DNA of 40,000 nucleotides, from the NCBI RefSeq assembly GCF_002286975.1, contig NZ_NSKB01000001.1, positions 24,733 through 64,732 on the forward strand, written 5' to 3'. Shown one piece after another: positions 7,055-15,472 of this stretch. The notes below the pieces were generated by a model, which was given only the letters and a program-made list of their open reading frames with translations, did not search any database and was not told where the DNA came from. The position numbers and the translations under genes were made by a program. Origin of the DNA: Halomonas salipaludis. Lineage in GTDB: Bacteria > Pseudomonadota > Gammaproteobacteria > Pseudomonadales > Halomonadaceae. Positions within the stretch are counted from its first letter, which is position 1. Every line of letters starts with the position of its first letter.

Positions 7055-7152
7055 AAAGGGGGTAGATCGATTTTATTTTGATCAATGTAAATGGAGAAGG
7101 TTGATTTGTTTTTAACCAGGCTGACCGATTTAAAATCTATCTGACCCCCTTT
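7055..7152. repeat. 98-bp element bounded by imperfect terminal inverted repeats (MITE / Tn3-derived-like)
   Basis: Left AAAGGGGGT-AGATCGATTTTA versus reverse complement of the right end AAAGGGGGTCAGATAGATTTTA. GGGG-initiated IRs are reminiscent of Tn3-family ends. Confidence 0.4.
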
Positions 7153-7182
7153 GGTTCATTGCCCCCGTTCCCCGCCTAGCCC

Positions 7183-7917
7183 CTAAACCTGCGCGTATCC
7201 CCCGTCAACGAACACCTCGCTCCCTGTCATAAAGCTGCTATCGTCGGACGCCAGGAACGCCACCGCACCTGCGGTTTCCTTGGGATCGCCCAGACGCTCA
7301 AGCGGTACGGTCCGTTTCATTTCGCTCAGGGCTTCGGATGGGAGCAATTCCATCAGCTTGTCTGTTCTGGTCGGGCCAGGAGACATGACGTTCACGCGAA
7401 TGCCGGTGCCCCTGAGATCATGGGCCCAACTACGCACCAGGTTTCTGACGGCCGCCTTGGAGGCGCTGTAGATGCTCATCGCGGGGGTGCCCATGCTGCC
7501 GACCGTGGAACCGGTGAGAATGATGGAGCCGCCGTTCGTCATCAGGGGAAGGGCCTTCTGGACGGTGAAGAGGGTGCCTTTGACGTTGATGTCGAAGATG
7601 TAGTCGTAGTGCTCCTCGGTGATCTGTCCCAGGCTCGCGAATTCGCCGACCCCCGCGTTGGCCACCAGTACGTCCAGTTGCCCTTTCTCTTTCTGGACTG
7701 TCTCGAATACGCGGTCGAGATCCTCCGGCTTCGTCACATCTGCCTGGAGACCCCTGGCGTTGGATCCCAGTACCTCAGCCGCGTTGTCGAGGACGTCCTG
7801 GCGCCGTCCGACAATGAAGACGAAGGCGCCTTCGTCGATGAGGCGTTGGGCCGAGGCCAGGCCGATGCCGCTGGCTCCGCCTGTGATTAGTGCGATTTTA
7901 CCGTTTAGTCGACTCAT
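7183..7917 (-). CDS. Short-chain dehydrogenase/reductase (SDR) family oxidoreductase
   Basis: 'IALITGGASGIGLA' (TGxxxGxG) and 'YSASKAAV' (YxxxK). Start MSRLNGK at 7917 is preceded by AAGGAG. Confidence 0.85.
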   Translation of the reverse strand: MSRLNGKIALITGGASGIGLASAQRLIDEGAFVFIVGRRQDVLDNAAEVLGSNARGLQADVTKPEDLDRVFETVQKEKGQLDVLVANAGVGEFASLGQITEEHYDYIFDINVKGTLFTVQKALPLMTNGGSIILTGSTVGSMGTPAMSIYSASKAAVRNLVRSWAHDLRGTGIRVNVMSPGPTRTDKLMELLPSEALSEMKRTVPLERLGDPKETAGAVAFLASDDSSFMTGSEVFVDGGYAQV

Positions 7918-8010
7918 GGTTGGGTCTCCTTGTGTGTTGACTCGATTCGCTTTCACGATATATAAGTCACTTACAAATGTTCAAGTATGCACCTTTTGGT
8001 AAGTATCGTT

Positions 8011-8376
8011 ATGGCGAAAGGAAACTCAGAAAACCCGCGTTTCATTTGTGGCCTGCATGCGACGCTGCACGTGATCTCCGGGAAGTGGAAGCCGTTGATT
8101 CTGTTCTTTTTAAACAAGGGCCCGACGCGTTACGGCGAGCTCAAGCGAAGCGTCCGGGGCGTGAGCGACAAAATGTTGATCCAACAGTTGAAGGAGCTCG
8201 AGTCCGACGGCATCGTCCAGCGAACCGACTATGGAGAGATCCCGCTGCGCGTCGACTACTCGCTGACGCCTTTCGGGGCAAGTCTGGTGCGGGCCATGGA
8301 GCCGCTTTGCGGCTGGGGCGAAGCACACGAAGAGGACATTGCCGCGGCGATGGACCGCCGGAAAACCAGCCGGTAG
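8011..8376 (+). CDS. HxlR-family winged-helix transcriptional regulator
   Basis: 'LHVISGKWKPLILFFLNKGPTRYGELKRSVRGVSDKMLIQQLKELESDGIVQR'. It is divergent from the SDR gene. Confidence 0.8.
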   Translation: MAKGNSENPRFICGLHATLHVISGKWKPLILFFLNKGPTRYGELKRSVRGVSDKMLIQQLKELESDGIVQRTDYGEIPLRVDYSLTPFGASLVRAMEPLCGWGEAHEEDIAAAMDRRKTSR

Positions 8377-8550
8377 GAAGCGAAACCGGGTGGCGGTTGG
8401 TGGATAGGCACCCAATCATGCCGTCCGGCGAGTCCTCCGGGTAAACCCGCACATTCAGTGTTCTGGTTCATAGCGCCATGGGTCCTGTTGGTGCAAAGTA
8501 TCAGGGAGGCGGTATTCGGTATCGGATGCCAAAACAACGGGTGAACGGGC

Positions 8551-8641
8551 CCATAACCAAGCGGTCAACCGGACACCATACCCCTTGCGGGCTATGGTTC
8601 CCTACGCTCCGCTTCGGTGCCGGTTACCGCTAGCGTTAAGT
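8551..8641 (+). other. attC site 8
   Basis: R''-like CCATAAC ... R' GTTAAGT (8635-8641). It closes a two-gene, higher-GC cassette. Confidence 0.65.
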
Positions 8642-8651
8642 GGAGAATTCG

Positions 8652-9260
8652 ATGCTCCAAGGCAGTTGGGATAAGGTCGCCAGTGACGTCGATTTCAATC
8701 TAGAAATTGATCTAGCGCGATTTCTTGACTTGATCAGCCGAAAAGCTAAGGTGCTAGACTTTGGGTGTGGGTATGGGCGGATTTCCAACGAACTTACTGA
8801 GTCCGGGTACACTGATGTAATGGGCGTTGATCCTTCCTGCGCAATGATCGAACGTGGAAGGAAGGCGTTTCCAGGGTTGCCTCTCCTGCATTTGGATGGG
8901 ATGGATCTTCCGTTCAGCGAGAATGCATTCGATGCCGTCGTCATTTGCGCGGTACTTACGTGCATTCCTTCACTTGATGAGCGGGGTAGAGTGGCTGCGG
9001 AAATAACCCGTGTGTTGAAGCCAGGCGGGGTTGTTCATATATCGGAGTTCTGTTCGGAAGAAAGTAAGAGCTTTATTTCCGGCCTCGGTTTACCGATGCG
9101 GTACAGTAGCCCGAAAGAGCTCCGCGACCTATTCGCTAGTTTTTCCTGCTTTCACGATGAGGTTGTGAGTGCAACTACTATGAGTGGTGATTCCACGTCC
9201 AGCTACCGCGCGTTCATCCGAAAGGCACTTAACAAAGCAATGCACGCGACAAGTGCGTGA
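8652..9260 (+). CDS. Class I SAM-dependent methyltransferase (cassette 9)
   Basis: 'VLDFGCGYGRIS' motif I. ATG 8652 follows GGAGA. Confidence 0.8.
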   Translation: MLQGSWDKVASDVDFNLEIDLARFLDLISRKAKVLDFGCGYGRISNELTESGYTDVMGVDPSCAMIERGRKAFPGLPLLHLDGMDLPFSENAFDAVVICAVLTCIPSLDERGRVAAEITRVLKPGGVVHISEFCSEESKSFISGLGLPMRYSSPKELRDLFASFSCFHDEVVSATTMSGDSTSSYRAFIRKALNKAMHATSA

Positions 9261-9275
9261 TTGCCGGCGTTGGGC
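9227..9275 (+). other. attC site 9 (short type, overlaps the CDS 3' end)
   Basis: ACTTAAC-aaa-GCAATGCACGC-gacaagt-GCGTGATTGC-cggc-GTTGGGC, with an extrahelical G in the stem. Confidence 0.7.
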
Positions 9276-9300
9276 CTAGAAGAAAAGAGGAGAAACAGCT

Positions 9301-9762
9301 TTGAGCGAATTCAATTTCCGCCAAGCGCGATCAGGTGATCTTGTGGCGCTTGTTGAGATGCTTGCTGACGATGATCTCGGTCGAACTCGCGAGTCACCGG
9401 GTACGCCGCTTGATAACGGCTACGCGTCAGCGTTTGAAGCTATAGAAAAAGATCCGAACAACGAGATCATCATCTGCGAATCAGAAGGCGAGTTGCTTGG
9501 CATGCTTCAAATAACCTTCATACCCTACTTGACTTATATTGGAAGCTGGAGAGCCTTGATTGAAGGCGTCCGCGTCTCTTCGTCTCAAAGGTGGGCAGGA
9601 ATCGGCGGTCAGCTCTTCGAATGGGCCATCGAAAGAGCTAAAGAAAAAGGTTGCGTAATCGTCCAACTCACAAGCGATAAAAAACGTCCAAACGCCATCC
9701 GCTTTTACGAAAATCTCGGCTTCAAAGCGTCACATGAAGGAATGAAGCTATGGCTCAACTAA
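9301..9762 (+). CDS. GNAT family N-acetyltransferase (cassette 10)
   Basis: TTG start after AGGAG. Acetyl-CoA-like motif 'RWAGIGGQLFEWAIERAKEKG'. C-terminus 'RFYENLGF'. Confidence 0.75.
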   Translation: MSEFNFRQARSGDLVALVEMLADDDLGRTRESPGTPLDNGYASAFEAIEKDPNNEIIICESEGELLGMLQITFIPYLTYIGSWRALIEGVRVSSSQRWAGIGGQLFEWAIERAKEKGCVIVQLTSDKKRPNAIRFYENLGFKASHEGMKLWLN

Positions 9763-9765
9763 GGA

Positions 9766-9833
9766 GCCCAACAGGTCGCTGCAGTTGATGTCCGCTAGCG
9801 CGGCCACAACTGAGCTTTGGCGTGTGTACCAGG
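9766..9833 (+). other. attC site 10, 5' portion (R' core split by the group II intron and completed at 11673-11677)
   Basis: R'' GCCCAAC. Stem GCTGCAGTTG / CAACTGAGC with an extrahelical base. ...ggcGT|[intron]|TAGCC restores GTTAGCC. Confidence 0.65.
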
Positions 9834-11672
9834 CATGGCACAGAACTAGAGAGGTGAAAGTCCTCTTGCTAGGTGTTCGCAGAGCCGAAGGCTAGGAGAA
9901 GGGCAAGGGCGTCATCGCGAGGTGGGGTCTGGAGGAAGCGCAATCCAAAGCTGCGGGGCGACGAACAGCAACCCGATATGAGGTGTGGTACATCCGGGGC
10001 GAGCGGGCACGTGACCGCGAAGCCCTCCATCTGCGGCGGGGGTGTGCTTTATAAATCGGGCGTTTACGCAGCGACAGTTCTGTGTCTTACCCTGGGAGGC
10101 CTGTCAGTGGTTCAGGGAAAGAGCTGAACCCCGGGCAACCGGTGTTGACCGACAGGCAGGAGTCAGCAGAGGGCATAGTAGGTTCAGCCGTGGAACCGAA
10201 GGCCCGAACAGAGACAGGAGTTGAGTGTCCGTGCAGAGGAGCAGGATGGTATCAGCAAAGCAGCTCACGCTGCCCCTGACATTACCAGGGGATGAACCTG
10301 CGCCTGGAGAGCGGGCCCGTCCCGACTCCGCTTAACCCTCACCGTGGATGGCGCGCGTACTGAGCAAGGACAACCTCAGTCGTGCCCTGAAACAAGTTCG
10401 ACGTAACAAAGGTGCGCCGGGCATCGACGGCATGACGGTCGACGAGTTGCCGGACTATCTGCGCCAACACTGGCCAGCTATTCGCCAGCAGCTGATCCGG
10501 CAGACCTACCGACCGCAACCGGTGCGGCGAACCATGATCCCCAAGCCGCAAGGCGGTCTCAGGCCACTGGGTATTCCCACGGTCCTGGACCGTTTCATCC
10601 AGCAAGCGATTGCCCAGGTAGTCCAGCAAGATTGGGAACCTTGCTTCCATCCCCGCAGCTACGGCTTTCGCCCCGGACGCTCTGCGCATCAAGCGGTCCG
10701 ATACGGACAGCATTGCGCTCGGGAAGGCCGCAACTGGGTGGTGGATCTGGACCTGGAAGCCTTCTTTGACCGGGTGAACCATGATCGGCTGATGGCACGC
10801 CTGAAACGGCACACGCCGGACAGGCCGTTACTCAGGTTGATCAACCGATACCTGAAGGCAGGGGGCCAGATCGACAACTGCAAAGCCCCGACACCCGAAG
10901 GCGTGCCGCAAGGCGGGCCACTGTCTCCGGTGTTGGCGAATGTGGTACTGGATGAACTGGATTGGGAACTGCACCGGCGCGGTCTACGTTTTGCGCGCTA
11001 TGCGGATGACTGCCAGATATTGGTAGGCAGCCGTCGTGCGGGCGAACGCGTCATGGTGAGTCTAACGCGCTTTATCGAAGACTCACTGCGGCTCACAGTG
11101 AATACACGAAAGAGCGCGGTGGATCGGCCCTGGAAGCGCAGATTCCTGGGCTTCACCCTCAGCCGGAAAGGGCAGCGCTTGAAGGTGGCTAGCGAAGCCA
11201 TCTCCAAGCTGAAAGCCCGGATCCGGATACTGAGCCGCCGAACACGGGGCCACTCACTGGTCCAGGTGATCGCAGACCTGAAAGAGACCCTGCTTGGTTG
11301 GAAAGCGTACTTCGACGAAGCCGAAGTGCTGAGCTCGCTGCGGGATCTGGACAAGTGGATACGGCGGAGACTGCGAAGTTACGTGTGGAAGCAATGGGGT
11401 CGAAGGGGATATCGTGAACTGAGAAAGCGGGGCGTCTCGGTCAGGTTGGCCTGGAACACTGCGAAATCAGCTCATGGGCCGTGGCGCCTGAGCCGTTCGC
11501 CGGCACTGGCGCAGGCGCAGGCACTTCCCGCCCACTACTTCCGGTGCCGTGGACTGCCGGAATTGGCAGTACGGTAACGGGTTGAATCAAGTCACTGAAT
11601 CGCCGTGGTACGTGATCCGTATGCCCGGTGATGTGGGAGGAGGGGCATCGTGAGGTGCCTCCCTATCCCGAT
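9834..11672 (+). mobile_element. Group II intron, class C (attC-targeting type), about 1.84 kb
   Basis: 5' GTGTA.. (the GT repeat makes the 5' end ambiguous, 9832-9834). Internal RT/maturase ORF. DV-like 34-nt hairpin at 11599-11632 with a CGC triad. DVI hairpin at 11635-11669 with bulged A 11665, 7 nt from the 3' end ...GAT. Confidence 0.75.
10348..11577 (+). CDS. Group II intron reverse transcriptase/maturase (no endonuclease domain)
   Basis: 'NKGAPGIDGMTVDEL', 'GIPTVLDRFIQQA', 'PQGGPLSPVLANVVLDELD', 'RYADDCQILV' (YADD). 409 aa. Confidence 0.9.
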   Translation: MARVLSKDNLSRALKQVRRNKGAPGIDGMTVDELPDYLRQHWPAIRQQLIRQTYRPQPVRRTMIPKPQGGLRPLGIPTVLDRFIQQAIAQVVQQDWEPCFHPRSYGFRPGRSAHQAVRYGQHCAREGRNWVVDLDLEAFFDRVNHDRLMARLKRHTPDRPLLRLINRYLKAGGQIDNCKAPTPEGVPQGGPLSPVLANVVLDELDWELHRRGLRFARYADDCQILVGSRRAGERVMVSLTRFIEDSLRLTVNTRKSAVDRPWKRRFLGFTLSRKGQRLKVASEAISKLKARIRILSRRTRGHSLVQVIADLKETLLGWKAYFDEAEVLSSLRDLDKWIRRRLRSYVWKQWGRRGYRELRKRGVSVRLAWNTAKSAHGPWRLSRSPALAQAQALPAHYFRCRGLPELAVR

Positions 11673-11737
11673 TAGCCACTGCGAGTGACTCATAGCCAAG
11701 CGACTATCTAGGGCCGTCCAAGTCGGAGTAGATTTAC

Positions 11738-12298
11738 ATGGGACTTTTGACCTTCAGCCTCAACATCACTCTGGACGGTTGTGTCGACCACCAGGAGGGA
11801 ATTGCCGACGACGAGACGCATGCCTTCTTCACCGGTCTAATGGACGAGTGCGGGGCGATGCTGTGGGGCCGTGTCACCTATGAGATGATGGAGAGCTACT
11901 GGCCAGCAGTTGCCCGCGGGGATGTGGAGGCACCGCCGGCAGTGCACGAGTGGGCGGTAAAGCTGGAGGTCAAGCCGAAGTATGTCGCTTCGAGGACGCG
12001 AACGGACTTTCGGTGGACCAACAGCCACCACATCGCTGGCGATCTGCGTTCGGGCGTGCAAAAGCTCAAGGACGCAACTCCGGCTGGTGTGCTCGTCGGT
12101 AGCGGCAAGCTTGCAACTGAGCTGGATCGGCTGGACCTGATTGATGAGTACAAGTTTCTTATTCACCCAAGGATAGCTGGCCACGGTCCGACCCTGTACC
12201 AGAGCGGGCTGCCTAACACACGGCAGCTTGAGTTGGTTTCGGCGAAGCCGCTTAGTAACGGCGCAGTCTCCATGCACTACCGGCGCGTGCGCGGCTAA
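11738..12298 (+). CDS. Dihydrofolate reductase-family protein (RibD C-terminal domain-like) (cassette 11)
   Basis: 'SLNITLDGCV...MLWGRVTYEMM...LIDEYKFLIHPRIAGHGPTLY'. Confidence 0.7.
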   Translation: MGLLTFSLNITLDGCVDHQEGIADDETHAFFTGLMDECGAMLWGRVTYEMMESYWPAVARGDVEAPPAVHEWAVKLEVKPKYVASRTRTDFRWTNSHHIAGDLRSGVQKLKDATPAGVLVGSGKLATELDRLDLIDEYKFLIHPRIAGHGPTLYQSGLPNTRQLELVSAKPLSNGAVSMHYRRVRG

Positions 12299-12364
12299 CA
12301 ATTTGCTGCACGCGGAAAAATTACTCGCTGCGCTCGCAATTTTCCGGTGAGCAAGGCGTTATGC
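12293..12364 (+). other. attC site 11
   Basis: R'' GGCTAAC ... R' GTTATGC. Confidence 0.8.
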
Positions 12365-12382
12365 GTAGAAATGGAGGATTGA

Positions 12383-12970
12383 ATGCCCAAAGAGTTGTTT
12401 TTCCCAGTTATTGAAACCGAACGATTAACATTGAAGCCTTTAGCAATTGATGACTCGGATAGCCTACTGGAAATTTTTTCAGATCCTGAGGTTATGCGGT
12501 ATTGGAATACTGCGCCTTGGACAACAATTCAGGACGCTATTGACTTCATTAATGAAAGTAACGATTCGATGCGGCGTCAAGAGTCGCTCATACTTGGCGT
12601 GTATCTGAAGTCTACAGGCGAATTGGCTGGAAAATGTATGTTGTTTAGCTACGACCAAGAATCCAAGCGTGCCGAGATCGGTTTTGGTTTGGGGTACTCT
12701 TGTTGGGGAAAAGGTTATATTAACGAGGCAGGAGAAGCCTTGATTAAGTACGGATTCGATTCATTGGGACTGCGGAGAATTGAAGCAGAGATTGACCCAG
12801 ACAACCAGTCTTCAGCGAAAGCTCTAGTGAAACTCGGGTTTTCCCAAGAGGGTCTGCTAAGGCAGCGTTGGGAGGTCAATGGAATCGTCTCTGATTCGGC
12901 AATGTATGGACGATTGGTAAGTGACTGTCCAGTACAGCATAACCAGGCAATGCAGGCGACAAGCGCCTGA
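12383..12970 (+). CDS. GNAT family N-acetyltransferase, RimJ/RimL-like (cassette 12)
   Basis: 'ETERLTLKPL...DPEVMRYW...WGKGYINEAGEALIKYGFDSLGLRRIEAEIDPDNQSSAKALVKLGF'. Confidence 0.8.
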   Translation: MPKELFFPVIETERLTLKPLAIDDSDSLLEIFSDPEVMRYWNTAPWTTIQDAIDFINESNDSMRRQESLILGVYLKSTGELAGKCMLFSYDQESKRAEIGFGLGYSCWGKGYINEAGEALIKYGFDSLGLRRIEAEIDPDNQSSAKALVKLGFSQEGLLRQRWEVNGIVSDSAMYGRLVSDCPVQHNQAMQATSA

Positions 12971-12984
12971 TTGCGGCGTTAGCA
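12937..12984 (+). other. attC site 12 (short type, overlaps the CDS 3' end)
   Basis: GCATAAC-cag-GCAATGCAGGC-gacaagc-GCCTGATTGC-ggc-GTTAGCA. Same architecture as attC 9. Confidence 0.7.
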
Positions 12985-13008
12985 ATCCATCGGATTCCCG
13001 AGGTGATA

Positions 13009-13497
13009 ATGGACTTTTTTGATAAGTCAGACATTCAAGGGTCTCTTCGACGAATTGAAGAGCTTTTAGACTGTGGAATATTCGAACCGAAAAACTCATC
13101 GCATGTACTGATGAGAGCGGCATTCATCGAACTGCTGATTTCACTTAGGGACTTGATGTATAAGACCGAGAAATACTCTTCCCGAATAGCTTTTAAAGAT
13201 GATGTTCCCGTAGGAGGGCGGATAAATGATGTTAGTGATCTGATCAAGTACGTCAGAGACGCACTTTGTCACCCGGATTCGGATAATCACTACATCGAAA
13301 AAGGTAATATGAAAGCCACGTTCAATGTGGCGTTTGGTAGAGCAAAATTATTGAAAATAGGTGACTTCGAACAAGAATCGCTATATGACGACGACATTTG
13401 CTTTTTCTTTGGGTCGAAAGGAATTTACCTCAGAAGGCATATAATCCGGGCGTTCGAAGAAGCGAAGGGTAAACTTGAGCCGATAGTAAATTGCTAG
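13009..13497 (+). CDS. Hypothetical protein with Rx4H (HEPN-like) motif (cassette 13)
   Basis: ATG 13009 follows GAGGTG. Motif 'KYVRDALCHPDSDNH'. Confidence 0.5.
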   Translation: MDFFDKSDIQGSLRRIEELLDCGIFEPKNSSHVLMRAAFIELLISLRDLMYKTEKYSSRIAFKDDVPVGGRINDVSDLIKYVRDALCHPDSDNHYIEKGNMKATFNVAFGRAKLLKIGDFEQESLYDDDICFFFGSKGIYLRRHIIRAFEEAKGKLEPIVNC

Positions 13498-13535
13498 CAA
13501 GCGCATGCAGCCGACAAGCGGCTGATGCGAGCGTT
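13493..13535 (+). other. attC site 13, 5' portion (R' core completed at 15435-15441 after the IS)
   Basis: GCTAGC-aa-GCGCATGCAGCCG-acaag-CGGCTGATGCG-agc-GTT|[IS]|GTTGGGC. Confidence 0.6.
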
Positions 13536-13606
13536 GAGGCTGTAGAAAAAGCCCACAGCCTCCGTCGTTTTGGTAGGATCGGGAAAACAGCCTAGGAGTG
13601 GTCAGC

Positions 13607-15250
13607 ATGCCCCGCTTCAAGCCCTACAACCATGATCAGAACGCCATGGTGGTGATCAACTACCAGGACCAGCTTCAGCCCGGTACGTTCGAGCACGCCG
13701 TCCACTACCTGATCGAACACAAGCTGGACCTGTCGGTTTTCCATCCCCAGTACCGCAACCACGATACGGGCCGGCTGGCCTATGACCCTGCCATACTGCT
13801 GAAGATCATCCTGTTCGCCTATTCCAAGGGCATCACCTCCAGCCGCGAGATGCAGTGGTGCTGTGAAACCAACATCATCTTCAAGGCGTTGTCCTGCGAT
13901 ACCGTCCCTCATTTCACCACCTTGGCGAAGTTCGTCAGCAGCCATGCCGATGAGATTGAAGAGCTCTTTGAGCAGGTGCTGCTGGTGTGCCATGAGCAAG
14001 GCCTGCTAGGCAACGAGCTCTTTGCTATCGACGGCTGTAAGGTGTCCTCGGATGCCTCAAAGGAGTGGTCTGGCACCTTCAAGGAGTTGGGCGAGAAGCG
14101 GGAGAAGCTGCGACGTTTGATTCGTCATCACCTGCTGGGGCACTATGCGCGGGATGAAGCCGAGACGGAGGCCGACCTTGATCGGGATATCCGTCGAGCC
14201 AAGACGATCCTCTCGCTAGATGCTGCCATGAACAAAGTCGATCGCTTCCTAAAGACGCACAACCCAAGGATGGGCCAGGGGAGCCGGAGTAAGGAAGTGA
14301 AGAGCAACATTACGGATAACCAAAGCGCCAAGATGACCACCAGCAAGGGCACGATCCAGGGCTATAACGGCGTGGCCACGGTGGACAAGAAACACCAAGT
14401 CATCATCGATGCCCAGGCGTTTGGAGAAGGGCAGGAGCATCATACACTGCAACCGGTACTCGAGAGGGTGAAGGCCCGCTTCAAGAAGCTGGGGATTGCT
14501 GACAACATCTACCAACAAGGCACCGTCGTCACTGCTGATACGGGCTTCGCCAATGACAACGTTATCAGGAATAACTTTGAACAGCCGTAGGCTGGCCCGC
14601 AGGGCGAGTCTCATGGATGAGACGAGTAAGCCAATATGAAGTACCTGCACGAACGACAGATCAATGGCTATGTGCCAGATAATTAGTTCCGTAGCCGAGA
14701 CCCGAGGTTTGCCGAGCAGAAAGACAAGTACGGCAAGCGGCACCAGAACCTGCCAGACAAGGGATGGAAAGCCACTTTTCCGGCCAGCGAATTCCAGTTC
14801 GACCCGGTCACCCTTAGCTGCATCTGCCCCATTGGGGAACCCCTGACTTACCGGGGACAGCGGGAAGCTGAGAATGGTAAGGTTCGGGCGCACTTTGAAG
14901 GTCGACTGCTGCAATGCCGGCACTGCCCCAAGAAGCACCGGTGCATGCAGAACCCCGCCTCGACAAATCACCGCAACGGAGCTGGCCGACAAGTCTCCTT
15001 TACGATAAAACGCGACGGACAACCGAGCTACACAGACTGGATGAAGCACCGAGTGGATAGCCAGCAGGGTAAGGAAATATATAGCCATCGAATGTCAGTG
15101 GTGGAGCCGGTATTCGGCAACATCGGCACCACGAAACGCTTGAACCGATTCGGGCTCCGTAGCAAGAGAAGAGTACAGGGTCAGTGGCAGTTATACTGCT
15201 TGATACACAACATTGAGAAGCTTGCCAATTATGGTAGATTAGGCACGTGA
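13607..15250 (+). pseudogene. IS1182/IS5-like DDE transposase, interrupted
   Basis: N-terminus 'YDPAILLKIILFAYSKGITSSREM' (DUF772-type). A single frame is kept throughout, broken by an 81-bp stop-containing insertion (14555-14635) and a TAG at 14684-14686. The C-terminus reads '...VVEPVFGNIGTTKRLNRFGLRSKRRVQGQWQLYCLIHNIEKL'. Confidence 0.75.
14555..14635 (+). repeat. 81-bp insertion flanked by the 6-bp direct repeat GCCAAT inside the transposase gene
   Basis: GCCAAT at 14549-14554 and 14630-14635. It contains hairpins GTTATcaggaATAAC and GTCTCATggATGAGAC. Confidence 0.55.
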
Positions 15251-15472
15251 TACAGGGGCTACAAGGCCTAAATGTGGCCGCCAAATGCTGGTGATGAGTG
15301 TCTTTGACATCATCAAGGTACCGAAATGGTCAGCTAGGTACCTTGGCCAAAGAAAATGTCCATTTGGTGGGCGATACACAAAATCGGAAAATAGGCGGTG
15401 GGAAGGGCTAAGAATTAGGTTTTTCAACAGCCTCGTTGGGCTGAACGTACACAGTAGAAGGAGGTGAACGCT

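Larger units (their letters stand above)
13536..15434 (+). mobile_element. IS1182-family-like insertion sequence (decayed) inserted in attC 13
   Basis: IR-L GAGGCTGTAGAAAAAGCC (13536-13553) versus reverse complement of IR-R GAGGCTGTTGAAAAACC (15418-15434). GTT is present on both flanks. Confidence 0.7.

Noticed and set aside
9873-10279. Three 60-84-aa ORFs upstream of the RT gene
   Set aside because: They lie in intron ribozyme domains I-III. The region is expected to be structured RNA, and they show no coding signal.
10339-11354. Minus-strand ORFs antisense to the intron RT
   Set aside because: They are shadows of a well-supported RT/maturase gene.
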